Positions 26,936-39,703 of a DNA stretch of 64,000 bases are shown piece by piece; position 1 is the first letter of the stretch; each line of letters opens with the position of its first letter. The notes under the pieces were generated by a model. That model ran no database searches. It was not told the origin of the DNA and saw only the letters and a program-made list of their open reading frames with translations. The stretch comes from Antedon mediterranea (lineage: Eukaryota > Animalia > Echinodermata). The stretch is taken from assembly GCF_964355755.1 (NCBI RefSeq), contig NC_092680.1:13153045-13217044 (forward strand). Direction: 5' to 3'. The translations under genes were made by a program, and so were the position numbers.

Positions 26936-29496
26936 ATGAGAGAATCTTTCAATGCTTCTTTGCAAGCTAATATACTCTTTAACTTAGATTCTCTATAGTT
27001 CTACAGTTCTTATACCCAATGAGATCCAGACACTGTTTCGAGATTGTGCTTGTACTGTTTGTTTTTTTAATTAATGATAACATTTATATGTTGCTTTAAA
27101 AAAAGCATTATTAACATTAATGTAAATATTCGTTGGAAATGCTAATTATTTATTTTGGAGAAGTTTCATTGGCGACACCACTCAACAATAAATTATCTCT
27201 CTTCAGAGCATGCGTAAACGGTTTCAATTGAAAAGCATTTAAATTCTAATACTTGGTTTTATAATACATTTTCGCGTTGAAACACATACGTTACACTAAT
27301 AAACGACGCTGGTGGATAAATGCTAGCTGTAACGCACCATTAGGCAGGACTTCTCTTAGCGCTTTGGTGTTAGTTAATCGATATTTGACTAAAAGTGACA
27401 ATCAATATAAGATGTGTAAACAAATCTAACGCCATCAACATCTATTCTCGATTACCGATTCAATCACCTTTTGCTATAAGACAGGATGGCGTCATTTTAA
27501 AGATTATATCATTTTTAATGAGGAACAGTTCAAAATGTGCAAAGTTTCGTGAAGCAACTGAAGGCGTAATAAGCAAGACAAATGCGCCCAGAAGTGGAGC
27601 ATATAGATGAATACTAAACATTCAGTGAATTAATGATATGTTCAAAATTTGCAATTGCTCTCACACGTTTTGAATAAGTAGTACAGCACGCTTGTATTTG
27701 AATAACACTTGTAAACTTTAATTAGAGTGCTAACATAGTATACAAGAATTTGTATTTCAACATTATTTTGAAAAAGCACAGACCGATACAAAAAAAAAGA
27801 AGGGGTGGGGTAAACACAGGTGATCATTGAACAGTGCTTGTTGGCGTGTGTTAATTTTATTTTCGTGGTGCTTTTTACACCAACTGTTTTGAAAATTTAT
27901 TTATTAATTTTATTTATTCACAAAAAAAAAACCAATACTATAACAGTATGTAGAGAGAATTTGAAGGATTGTCAAAAGCGAATCACTGTTAAATTTTCCT
28001 TTAGCAGAAATTCACAATACAGTATATACGTTATTATTTATATTGATGTATTCGGGCCAATGGACTAGGTATAATAAATGACCTAGGCAATGCTCCTCCT
28101 CAAATAAATTATAATAAATTTGATTATTAAAATAACAATAGTAATTTAAGTTCCTTATTTGGTATGAACTACTTATAAAGAATAATTTGAAGAAGTTTGA
28201 AATGGCGTAGCCAAGGATCGTCTGACACGTGACGTAGCCAGGAATCGTCTGAGCCACGTGACAATCACTATTCGCCCAATATTTAATCAACAAAAATCAA
28301 TGAGGAATTGAAATTATAGTCACAAGCCTAAGTCTAAACCTAGGGGCTTTTAGGAATAATAAGGTTGTTCTAGAACACGAAAGGATTGATAATATCCCTA
28401 ATACCAACTGTGCCAAATTATTATTTAATTTTGAGGTTCACATCTTTGGAGAAAGTTTTCAAAATGATGGCACTAAAAAAGTATTTGACCTATACACAAA
28501 AAAATGAATAATTTAAACATATACTCCACAAAAATATTTGTCACCATATAAATGAAATTCTTTCATCTCATTTCTTTCAAATCTGGATTGCTTGTGATGT
28601 ATAATAGTATATAGAACATAGGCTTGATCAAGTTCATTAAGGCACTTTTCTGTCTTGCGTAGGTTCGTCCCACTTTTATTATGATACTGTTATAAATATA
28701 TGTGATATATGAAGGGCTAGTGTTGCCCGAAAGCTCTGCAAACTTTTCTGGCTGTTTTATTTAGTATCGTTTTTTTTTTGTATCTCCATGAGATCCAGCC
28801 ACTGATACCCACATTATTGTCATTTTTTCAGTATTTTGCCTTTGGATTTATATATGTGTATATTTATATTTTTTTTAACAGTATTTCTTTCTCTCATTTA
28901 TATATTACAATGTTAAAAGTAGTTGCAGTAAATTACCATTTGCTTATGCTGTATATACCACTTTGCATTCATTATTTGACATTTGTTTTTTTATTAATTA
29001 AAATATACAAGTAACAAAAAAGCTATAAAAAGACGATGAAAAACGGATTGAAAACGTAGTAATGACTGTGGTCATTATTCTATTATATTATTATATATAT
29101 TTATACATTTTCCGTCTGATTGCTCAATATTATGATATTATGAGAGTTTTAAATAGGTGGGCCACCTTTATTAGCTGAGTGTTGATAAAGCTATCCTGTT
29201 AACCAATTCCCTTGTCTTAGCACTTTCGAAATGGTTATCGCATGCTATGAATTGCGTGACGTCAGCAATGATTTGTACGTGCCTGGGCGGTAATATAGAT
29301 TTAAGCAGTGGTTGCATAATAAATGTCTTAAGATTTCACGAAATGACATCACAAACCAAGATGAATCATTCGATTACATCAGCAATGGAATTTATAATCT
29401 GTTTAAGAACAATTTTAAATTAGAAATTCAGTTAATATAAAAAAATATCTCATAACCATTTTATCCATTTTAGTGAAATTAAAGAGTTGTTATTTA

Positions 29497-30531
29497 AATA
29501 AGGTGGCAATGTTCTGTCCCCATCTCCTAGGTTAATAAGGTGGCAATGTTCTGTCCCCATCTCCTAGGTTAATAAGGTGGCAATGTTCTGTCCCCATCTC
29601 CTAGGTTAATAAGGTGGCAATGTCCTGTCCCATACATCTCCTAGGTTAATAAGGTGGCAATGTTCTGTCCCCATCTCCTAGGTTAATAAGGTGGCAATGT
29701 TCTGTCCCATACATCTCCTAGGTTAATAAGGTGACAATGTTCTGTCCCCATCTCCTAGGTTAATAAGGTGGCAATGTTCTGTCCCATACATCTCCTAGGT
29801 TAATAAGGTGGCAATGTTCTGTCCCCATCTCCTAGGTTAATAAGGTGGCAATGTTCTGTCCCATACATCTCCTAGGTTAATAAGGTGGCAATGTTCTGTC
29901 CCTATCTCCTAGGTTAATAAGGTGGCAATGTTCTGTCCCCATCTCCTAGGTTAATAAGGTGGCAATGTTCTGTCCCCATCTCCTAGGTTAATAAGGTGAC
30001 AATGTTCTGTCCCATACATCTCCTAGGTTAATAAGGTGGCAATGTTCTGTCCCCATCTCCTAGGTTAATAAGGTGGCAATGTTCTGTCCCATACATCTCC
30101 TAGGTTAATAAGGTGGCAATGTTCTGTCCCCATCTCCTAGGTTAATAAGGTGGCAATGTTCTGTCCCATACATCTCCTAGGTTAATAAGGTGGCAATGTT
30201 CTGTCCCCATCTCCTAGGTTAATAAGGTGGCAATGTTCTGTCCCATACATCTCCTAGGTTAATAAGGTGGCAATGTTCTGTCCCCATCTCCTAGGTTAAT
30301 AAGGTGGCAATGTTCTGTCCCATACATCTCCTAGGTTAATAAGGTGGCAATGTTCTGTCCCCATCTCCTAGGTTAATAAGGTGGCAATGTTCTGTCCCAT
30401 ACATCTCCTAGGTTAATAAGGTGGCAATGTTCTGTCCCCATCTCCTAGGTTAATAAGGTGGCAATGTTCTGTCCCATACATCTCCTAGGTTAATAAGGTG
30501 GCAATGTTCTGTCCCCATCTCCTAGGTTAAT
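29497..30531. repeat. Minisatellite, 27 units of 37 bp (S, x16) and 40 bp (L, x11)
   Basis: S=AATAAGGTGGCAATGTTCTGTCCCCATCTCCTAGGTT; L has an extra ATA in the C run. Order SSSLSLSLSLSSSLSLSLSLSLSLSLS; only about four substitutions seen. Confidence 0.97.
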
Positions 30532-31149
30532 TATCATAAAAAATACGATAGAAGAATGCAGTTAAACGATTTCGTTAGTTACTGTAGAAAATACGATATT
30601 TTCATAATTATTACCTAGCCTATACGATGTCTTGTTAATAATTGGCTAAAATCCTTGTGGAAATTGTTGTAAGTTTGCACAATACAATTGATTCAAAATT
30701 TCTTATATAAAAATACTGCCCTTAGACTTCACCTGCTGTAGTAGAGACATTATTATGGATTTGTTTCAATGATGATTCTACGAATCAACATCATCATTAA
30801 AGTAGATTCGGTCGATTAATTTGCAAGAAAAAAAATTCAGGTGATCTGATATGAAGTCGTGTAGCAAAGGTGACGAAAATGTAAAGGTGAATGAAGCGAA
30901 GTGTGTATGCCAGAGTTGAATGACTCTGTTAATAGGACTCTAAGCTAGATTTAAATTATAAGTTTCGGTTTATGCCTTTTAAGTTGTTAAATAAGAAATC
31001 CTAACGAATCATTTAAATGAATTAAATATTTCTCTGGGTTCACTGTGCCTTACATATCAAATATTAAATTACCCATAAGCCGTAAAAAATTAATTAAACA
31101 ATTTGCGTAATATATCAATGAAAATAGGCCTACCACTTACAAATCTTAT

Positions 31150-31232
31150 AACTAGAAAGCCACTCCGAGAGTGCATACGTCCGCCTACTGTAAAATTCTC
31201 CTACATAAGATTTCTCCGGTTAAAAAAAAAGA

Positions 31233-31268
<36 letters not shown>

Positions 31269-31906
31269 CTTAATGCTGTTTGTGATTTACGCAAATTTCA
31301 CTACAAGCATGTGTATGCGAGTTTGGTGTAATGGTTATGTAACAAGCCTTTCAATTAACAATAGCTTCAGTTGACTAACAATAGAACAGCAACGCGAAAT
31401 TTGAACGAGTGAATTTGAAAAGAAATAGCTTTTTAAACTACTCGCATCAAGCAACGTGCACATTAAATCAAATTATGTTTTAAAATTACATATCACAAAT
31501 TTTAACTCTTGCCTCTTGTACAAAAATGTAGTTCTCGAGAAAATGCATTTTCAGTAAACTTGTTACTTTAAGACTGCTCGCCGGCTTTTGAAAATTGTCT
31601 CCTATCTTTTAACACTAGCCGGTCTGAAAATAATATCATTTTTGTTATTTGTGAAGTTATTAATAAACCAATTTTGTTGATTTTCAATAGCCATGGTCTG
31701 AAGGTATATACCTATCTACACCCAAAAATTCAGAACGATGACTTGAAGGCGCTATTGTGCTAACAAACAAACAAACAAACAAACATACATACATACAAAC
31801 AAACAAACATACATACAAACAAAGTAAATACTATACTTGGCAAAATTCTTTTTGCCAAGTAACAAACATACGCTACCGATTACATATACCTCCTTGGCGG
31901 AGGTAA
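31150..31906 (+). mobile_element. Helentron-associated / DINE-1-like non-autonomous element, possibly composite
   Basis: Starts AACTAGAAAGCCACTCCGAGAGTGCATACGTCCGCC, has an (AAAC/ATAC)n tract at ~31763-31823, and ends in hairpin TACCTCCTTGGCGGAGGTA whose arm is complementary to the 5' TCCGCC. A second hairpin, TACTTGGCAAAA..TTTTGCCAAGTA, lies just inside. Confidence 0.65.
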
Positions 31907-33382
31907 ATTAAAGCGATCTGTACAGATTGAATGATGTTTTATGATTCATAGTTATGAATGAAATTGTAATTGTTTATAATAATAAGTTAATTCTTCTCTG
32001 CAACATTTTTAAAATTTACTAAAAAATATTAAGAAATGGTAATGATTGAGCAAATAATAAAAATCAAAGATAAGTGACTGTTTCCGTGTTTGATACAGAG
32101 GGCGTTGTTATTATAATAGGAATGGTTCAGAAGGATCCGGTTACTCATGTATAGTTTACGATAATCAGAAAAGCAATTGCAGGATTGGAAATCTTACTTT
32201 AGGACACTTCCATTAATGGGACAAATTAACATGAAACAAACAATAGTTAATATGGCCAATACCATGAGAGAAACACCTACATTTATTAGAAATCTGTTTG
32301 GTCCCAAAATTGTCCCCTTAAAGGAGGTTTCACTTTCGACACAAACAATGAAGTAACTTTGCTTATATTATATTGTTTTGTATACATATATAAAGAGATA
32401 GCTAGTTTTCCACTGCAGTGAATTGATACTAAAAATAGAGATGTAATCTACCATATGAAACTGTTGGTCTCTTTAAGTTATCGCGTAGAAATACGCGTAA
32501 AGAAGTAACTATCGTGTTGTAGAATTGAGCCGTCTGTAGGCGATACAGCTGCACAGGTGCAGTACACTATATAGTCAGTATTCTCATTACTGCATTCGGT
32601 TTACGATTGCAATCGATAATCCACCAGCCCTACGGTATATTCACTACTCAGATTTTACCATTAGAGCATCAAGTTTTCTGCTAAAATATGTTATTGTAGA
32701 TATCGGAGACATTCCCAGTATGCCATTTACTTAGGTAGCAAAGATATTGGGAACAATTTAAATTAAACCATCCAAATTGGCAACCTTTCGGAAAACATTA
32801 TTTTTTTTTAAATTTCATATTAATGCGTTACACAAACAATACAAGTTTTATTGTTTCTGTGATATATCTTATTTCTGATAATATAACTTTTATGATTGTA
32901 ACATTCATAAAACTGTGCATAAAATATCTATACTTATTGAATATCCAATTAGCTTACAGCATGAATGACGTAACTAGCCTACTCAAACATTCATGTTTCG
33001 AATATTGATGGTCGTCAATATGTAAAATGTTTGTCACATTTTGTTGGATGCTGTGAAAGACAGTGTGTTTAGTTCGTTTCGTCATTTAGTAATATTTCTA
33101 TCCATTTCGGAACAATCTTGGGAAAGAGAAAGAGAGCTAAACTACCATTCCAACTAGGCTACAACTTTGTGTTAGACTGTAAATATCAGAAAAATGTGCA
33201 AGCACATAATTTGGTAGTGAATGTTACATTATATTCCAAGGAACAGTCTCAGTAACATTTCTTCATTATACACGCAACGTATTCTACTAGAACATTTCAA
33301 TAAGATATTCACTTACTCTATGAATTATAGAGGAGAAAAAAATACAAATAATAGAAAGAAAGAAAAATGTATTCGTTTAAGA

Positions 33383-33535
33383 TGATAACATTGTCAGGTT
33401 ATTGGTCAACATGGTGAGTTTGATAACATTGTCAGGTTATTGGTCAACATGGTGAGTTTGATAACATTGTCAGGTTATTGGTCAACATGGTGAGTTTGAT
33501 AACATTGTCAGGTTATTGGTCAACATGGTGAGTTT
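33383..33535. repeat. Perfect 38-bp tandem repeat x4
   Basis: TGATAACATTGTCAGGTTATTGGTCAACATGGTGAGTT starts at 33383, 33421, 33459 and 33497. Confidence 0.95.
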
Positions 33536-36004
33536 ATACACGTTATAGAAAATGTAATATTGGAGAGAAATGAAACATTACTAATTGAATTACTGCGAAA
33601 TGTCAAAATAATTAAAATATGAAGACAATAAATGGAGAAAACGTGACGTTAAAACAAAAACGTGTTTTGGAGTTATTATGGAGAATACAACGATGAACTA
33701 AAGTTACAAAATTGATCATATATATCCTAGAATATCATTAAAGAAAATAATTGAGTATCATGGTTAAATCAATTAGAATTCATACATTCAAAGATGTATG
33801 TATCTTAAATGAAATGAGATTGAATGAAATGGAATCAACGACTGATTCCAATAGTAGCTGCCTGTCATTGTATTTAATAATCAAACAATGTTATTAGAAT
33901 TGCTCCGGATTCTAATTACACGCATTTTTTAATTGAACAGCATGTGTAATTTGCCTCTTTAAATACCTTTAACTGTAAATAGAACATTATTGATGGATTG
34001 ATTGACGGGTCATCCCAAGCTACTTCGCTCGCAGTGACGTTGCGAATCTTATCACGACAGTGACGTCATTAATTGTGGATTATGCCTCATACAGCAGAGA
34101 TTTAATTAAATTATTTATTAAGCCTGATTATGCAGAGGTATAGGATTTTTCTGATTCAACTTAATTAAATGATTTTAAGTATAAACCCAATTTATTACTT
34201 TAACGGTTTAGTAAGGCAGATAGGCCTACGTTTACTATTTTTTTAACGTCTCTCGTAATAATTAATGTGTGTCAGAGTTCTTCATGTAACTCTTCTTAAC
34301 TTATATCTATAGGAGACCTATCCAGTGTATTTTATCTTATATAAGGTACTTTTAAACCTTACCAGAATTAATAATATTAGACCCTACCTAATTTTTTATT
34401 CTCGTGCATATTTTTTGTATTTTGTAGGACATTTTTTTAACGATACCTTCAATTAACGTAAAAAAGACAGCGCCACCAGTGGTCACATATATAATTTGGC
34501 CGCTTGCGGCGCTACACATTTGTCAAATTCTCTAAATCCAGGTATGCAAATTATTATAGAAAACGGTTGATTTTAATCAGTAAAAGATAGATTATAATGC
34601 ATTATCCACTAAGCATTCGATAGTGACAAATGGGTAAGCTAAAATGAATCGTCTCACTCTAACCTGACATGTAATACAACGCTTATGGGACGCGTTAGTG
34701 TGCAATATTACATTGTATATAACTCTGCTTCGAATGAAATGATTGATTTATTACTTTATATCATTTTGTACATTCTCTATTGGTCCTTTTATCTATGACT
34801 GGTCCCTACTCTGTCTATATATTGTCTTTATATGCTACGTTTGTAAACAAGTAAGGTCATCAATTAAGATATGCATCAACATGATACATTGTTAATTTAG
34901 ATAAGTTGAGCCTTTGTTGTGATGAAATCTCTTTAAGTTTGTTATACCTAATTCATTCTGACATAAACATTCATGCAATTAAAATTCTCATTAATTACAG
35001 GCATACGACGAATTGTAATTAAAATGCTCAATTGTTGGTTCATCAACATAATAATACAGATAAGATAAGAACAGTATTGATGAATATATAACTAGAATGC
35101 TTAACAAATAATAACAAATAATAAAATGTAATCATTTTTTAAATAACTTATATAATTTATGATAGATATGTATTTATGTCATTTAAACTTATAACTGCTA
35201 AAGTAATAACTAATTTTTTTTGTTTTTATGTGAGGTAACCTCCATATTCTGGACCTCTAAACAACAACAAACTCGTGATGATAATGATGGTACTGTACTG
35301 TTTTATAGAACTACCATCATTACGGTACTATAATTGTATTTTTTCTAGACGTACTTTTAACTAAAATAACAAAACTTTAACATCATTTGTTATCTCTCCC
35401 GATTTGTAATTCTAATTAAAAGATTAAACGTTTAATTGTGCACAAATCAATGACGTAATTGCATTAAGTGCAATTAGTATTCTTCAAAAACAATAAAAAC
35501 AAAATAACTTAATGGCCTTTCATACTTTAAAGACATTACAGCAAGGTCATATGTACTCTGTAAATCGACCTGCTCCTACTAATTAAGCAACGATCGATTC
35601 CTTATGAATATTCATGAACTCTTTGAAGTGGTTGTGATTTTTTGAGAGATCGTAAAGCTCATAGATTCTTAGATGAAATAGTGGAAAATGTATTAATGCA
35701 GAAAATTATTAAAATAAGAGTGACAAATATCGATAATATAGTTGTAAAGATAATACGGTAGATTTAGTTTTAATTTTCACCTCTTCTTCTCCATATATTA
35801 TCGATTGTCTTCTAGTCAGTGATGATAGGTACCCAGATAATAATGATCTATTCTTGTGTGCCTGTATTCTAAATTCAGTAAACTTCTATTCTAACAAAAC
35901 ACAAATTATTGTTTAGTTGGCAATCATTTGCTTCATCATTTAGTTTAGGCTTGATTTTTCCAAGATATTTCAATGTTTACTATTGTTGTAAAGTAATAGC
36001 TTAA

Positions 36005-36245
36005 AGATTATTGTCCCCCTTATGTTTTTATTTTTTTTTAATATGCCATTTTCATGTCACGTAATAGTTATTCACTTTGTCTATCAGATACATTAATGAG
36101 TTTTAGTTAAAATTAACCTTTTCGATCGTAAAATATTTTTGTTGGTTTTTTTTTGTTTTTTTTTTAATAACTTAATTAAATCTGCAAAATGACCAATTTG
36201 AAGTTTAGTAATCTTCATTGTTCGTGTTTTGGGGGGACAATACAT
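36005..36245 (+). mobile_element. Kolobok-like MITE family A, diverged
   Basis: TTAA|AGATTATTGTCCCC...GGGGACAATACA followed by TTAA; partial shared body. Confidence 0.75.
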
Positions 36246-38594
36246 TAAAGGAAGAGTCTTCGTTCCGACACTGTCATCATTAAACCATTGGTACATGGGG
36301 TGATGAGACATTAAATTCCGGGTGGGGTGAGTTAATGATAGATATTTACAATGATCCTGCATAGTACATTTATTACTTTATATGTCTTAAGATTACTTGG
36401 ATATGATAAAGAACGTTAATTCAATATGATTAGAAGGCCAGTCCCGCGTCATTGATTATCATTCCTCATACCACATCGATTCAGGATTACATTACTCACA
36501 AGATTTCCATATCGATTCACCTTGATCTACCTTTAAATCCACCTTTTTCATCCTTAATCCTTTATCAATTATCCGTTTTCAAACTATAACTGATAATATT
36601 TTATTATATGTATATGTAAATTAAATGATTCAGTTATGAGAATCTTTGGTAGAATCAAAATCCGATATCATATGGGCCTGCATTTTATAAAAATTGACTT
36701 GATGGTGATCGCATAAAACAAGTACGATGGGATAATTATGCTGTACCATAATTTATTTGTAGGCATTGGTATGTTTTAAACTTGTTTCACCTTAGATCGC
36801 ATACATGCACATGAAACAGAAACTAATAAAATAATACTGTGCTATGAAACAAAACACTAACTAATAGCTAAAAGCAGGAAATAAATATAATAAAGAAACT
36901 CAAAGACAACAAAACGCATAATGACTAATGCCTATTACGGTAAGTGGATAATGCGATGCCAAGTGTCTTTCGCTTGAGGGCGACAATTGACAGTTCTGGG
37001 CAAACGAGAAACAGAACTCTATTTGTTGGAACTCCAGTTAGGGGAAAATATATTTAATTTAACTCAGATAATCGCTTGAAGTTAAACTGGATGGTTGTGA
37101 ACTATAATTAGGCCTAATGTATTTATTCAACGACCCATGCACTTGTGATGGTAAGAATTGAAACGACGAGAAAGAGAGAAATATCATAAATGCCCACAGT
37201 TATTATTTATATTATTTCTATTCCGTATTTTTTATCACTTGTATTGTTTTTGCCAAAATAGAGTGAAATGGCACGAATTTCCATTTTTTAATATATTTCT
37301 AAATTTACTTTATTTACTATGGTGTTTTTTACCTGGTAAGAGAGTAACCTAGCTATGATAGTATTGATTATTGTGTTCATTAAGATAGGAATAACTAACC
37401 CTTTTGGGCCATGTAATAGACCAAATGCAATGATTTAGAGTAAAGAAAATTTTACTAAATACACTATATTGTTGCAGTTTTTTATATTCCTGACATCAAT
37501 CTAATTATTGTAAAAACGTAATTCAAAGCATTATGTTGCAGTCTATGTTAGGTCGTTAGAGTTCAAATTATTTCCATTTATTATTATTTTTATAATTGTA
37601 GACGATTTGTAACTTATTGTAATTATGGCCATTAGAGGGCGGTATTATTATTAGTTCAACAATGTTCTTGTAGTCGTAGCCTAATTTTTCTTTTATTTCA
37701 GAAAATTTCATCTATATCAACAAACGTACAAACAGAAAAAGATTATTGTTTATATTATAATTTATAGGTTCATGGTCTAATTCCAAATTACTCAACGAGT
37801 ACTTTCTAGCTTCATTTAAACATGGAGTTGTTGAATTTCATGATATGAGTAAGAGTCGTTAAGATATCATTGTTTATGAAGTCTAGCCCGGACATCACAT
37901 ATTATTATTCTAATGACTAGATCATACGGCAAAGAAACCTAATTCTTCCACCAACCTATCACCAAAAACATACTATGTGCTGGTACCTAGATATGTGCTA
38001 GTGAATGTTCCGAGTTTGTTGGTTTAAATGATTTTATGAGATGTTCCTAAAATGTCTGAAATTGATTTTCGCTCTATTGACATCCAAATTTGACAATACT
38101 GCCCTCTAGCAAGTGTATCAATAAAGCTTCATTTTGCTATTTGTAACAATAAATAAAAGAAAAATTATAAAGTAAATATAATCTAAAGCTACTTCTTCAA
38201 AGAGTAATACTTATTATTGTATTCTTTGACATAAGTGAATAATGAAAATAATAAAAGTTTGATTATTTTATTAGATATTCAATTGTTAATTATTATTATA
38301 TTTACCAATTTGATTTTGTTATAAATTGTCGTTGTTGTTTTATTCAGTTTTTAATTGACTGTAATTGCAATGTTTTACTACGTTTTACTCAAAGATAAAT
38401 AAGTAAACAAGATTCCAATAAAACAATTACAGATTTTAAGGAAATAAAACCACAAATTGAGACAAAGTGCGAGGACACTGTTTGCCGTTGGCTAATAAGA
38501 CGGCAGCCATTGGTATTAGACCTATTATTGTTGACAAATTTGAATTTTATTATTTTATATTAATTTGTCAAGGTACGTGTATTTGCAAGGTAGC

Positions 38595-38682
38595 AATGAT
38601 AATTGTTAAGGACGATAAACAATGATAATTGTTAAGAAAGATGATAAACAATGAAAATTGTTGAAGATGATAAACAATGATC
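38595..38682. repeat. Imperfect ~27-bp tandem repeat x3
   Basis: CAATGATAATTGTTAAG..GATAAA repeated. Confidence 0.7.
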
Positions 38683-39307
38683 ATCATTGACTTTTTTCAT
38701 CAATAAACTTGTTACATCTACCCTAACATTGCGCTTTTGTTTTTAATTAAATGATTTAACTATGAACTGGCTACTTAAAATTAAAATATTAAAAAAAAAG
38801 TTGATGTTTTTATATAAATTATAACACACGACAAATTCATTTTTCCTTTCGGATTCATTTTCGTTCGTTTAATTAGCTTGATTGATAGTTTATCCAGAAG
38901 AGTTTGATCTATTGTATAATAATATTTGATGAATTAAAATGTTATACATCTGAAAATGGAATCGTTTTTAATACTTTTTACATTCACATTTGATAGTAAT
39001 TGCCAGAGGTCTTTCCTGAAGGTACAAAAAAAACTATTAAAAGATAGCGTCATATTCAAATTAGTATAAACTCATAAAAAACTTTCATTCTTGATTAAAC
39101 CTCGTAGGAATATGACGAGGAATTTGTGGAGCAGAAGTTGATAGTTCATCCTAGTGACCGATGAGCAGGTCGTGTAGTAATCTAGGACTTAAGGTCATTT
39201 GTCGTCAGGTGGCGCTATACAATACACAAAATTAAACGTATACAGTGGCCAGATGCAAGTCACGTGTTGATAAGCGCAAGTACGCGCTCTGTTGTCATTT
39301 AAAAAAA

Positions 39308-39700
39308 ACAAATGATTTATTTTTTGTTGTAAATTAGAACGTGTCTATTATTTTGTGCTACTTAAATACCTAACTGTAATTAATATTTAATTGGTATAAT
39401 TATATGTTGACATTGGTTAAACAAGTAATGACAAGGTCAACAAATTATTTAATTTTTTTGTAAATTAAAACGTGTCTATTATTTTTTGCTACTTAAATAA
39501 CTAACTGTAATTAATATTTAATTGGTATCATTATATGTTGACATTGGTTAAACAAGTAATGACTAGGTCAACAAATGAGTTTATTTTTTGTAAATTAGAA
39601 CGCGTCTATTATTTTGTGCTACTTAAATACCTAACTATAATTAATATTTAATTAGTATAATTATATGTTAACATTGGTTAAACAAGTAATGTCGACTATA
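39308..39700. repeat. ~130-bp tandem repeat x3 abutting the LINE 5' truncation
   Basis: GTAAATTAGAACGTGTCTATTATTTTGTGCTACTTAAATACC..CATTGGTTAAACAAGTAATG recurs at ~39329, 39460 and 39590. Confidence 0.92.
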
Positions 39701-39703
39701 GGT

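Noticed and set aside
28206-28263. ~27-bp duplication containing CACGTG and TGACGT motifs
   Set aside because: Only two imperfect copies; no evidence beyond a local duplication.
29497-30531. CRISPR-like array (37-bp repeat length)
   Set aside because: Units are contiguous with no unique spacers, there are no cas genes, and the context is eukaryotic.
33383-33535. CRISPR-like 38-bp repeats
   Set aside because: Perfect head-to-tail tandem copies without spacers.
37344-37358. Partial miR-79/miR-9-like sequence (TAGCTAGGTTAC on the minus strand)
   Set aside because: Seed mismatch and no convincing hairpin.
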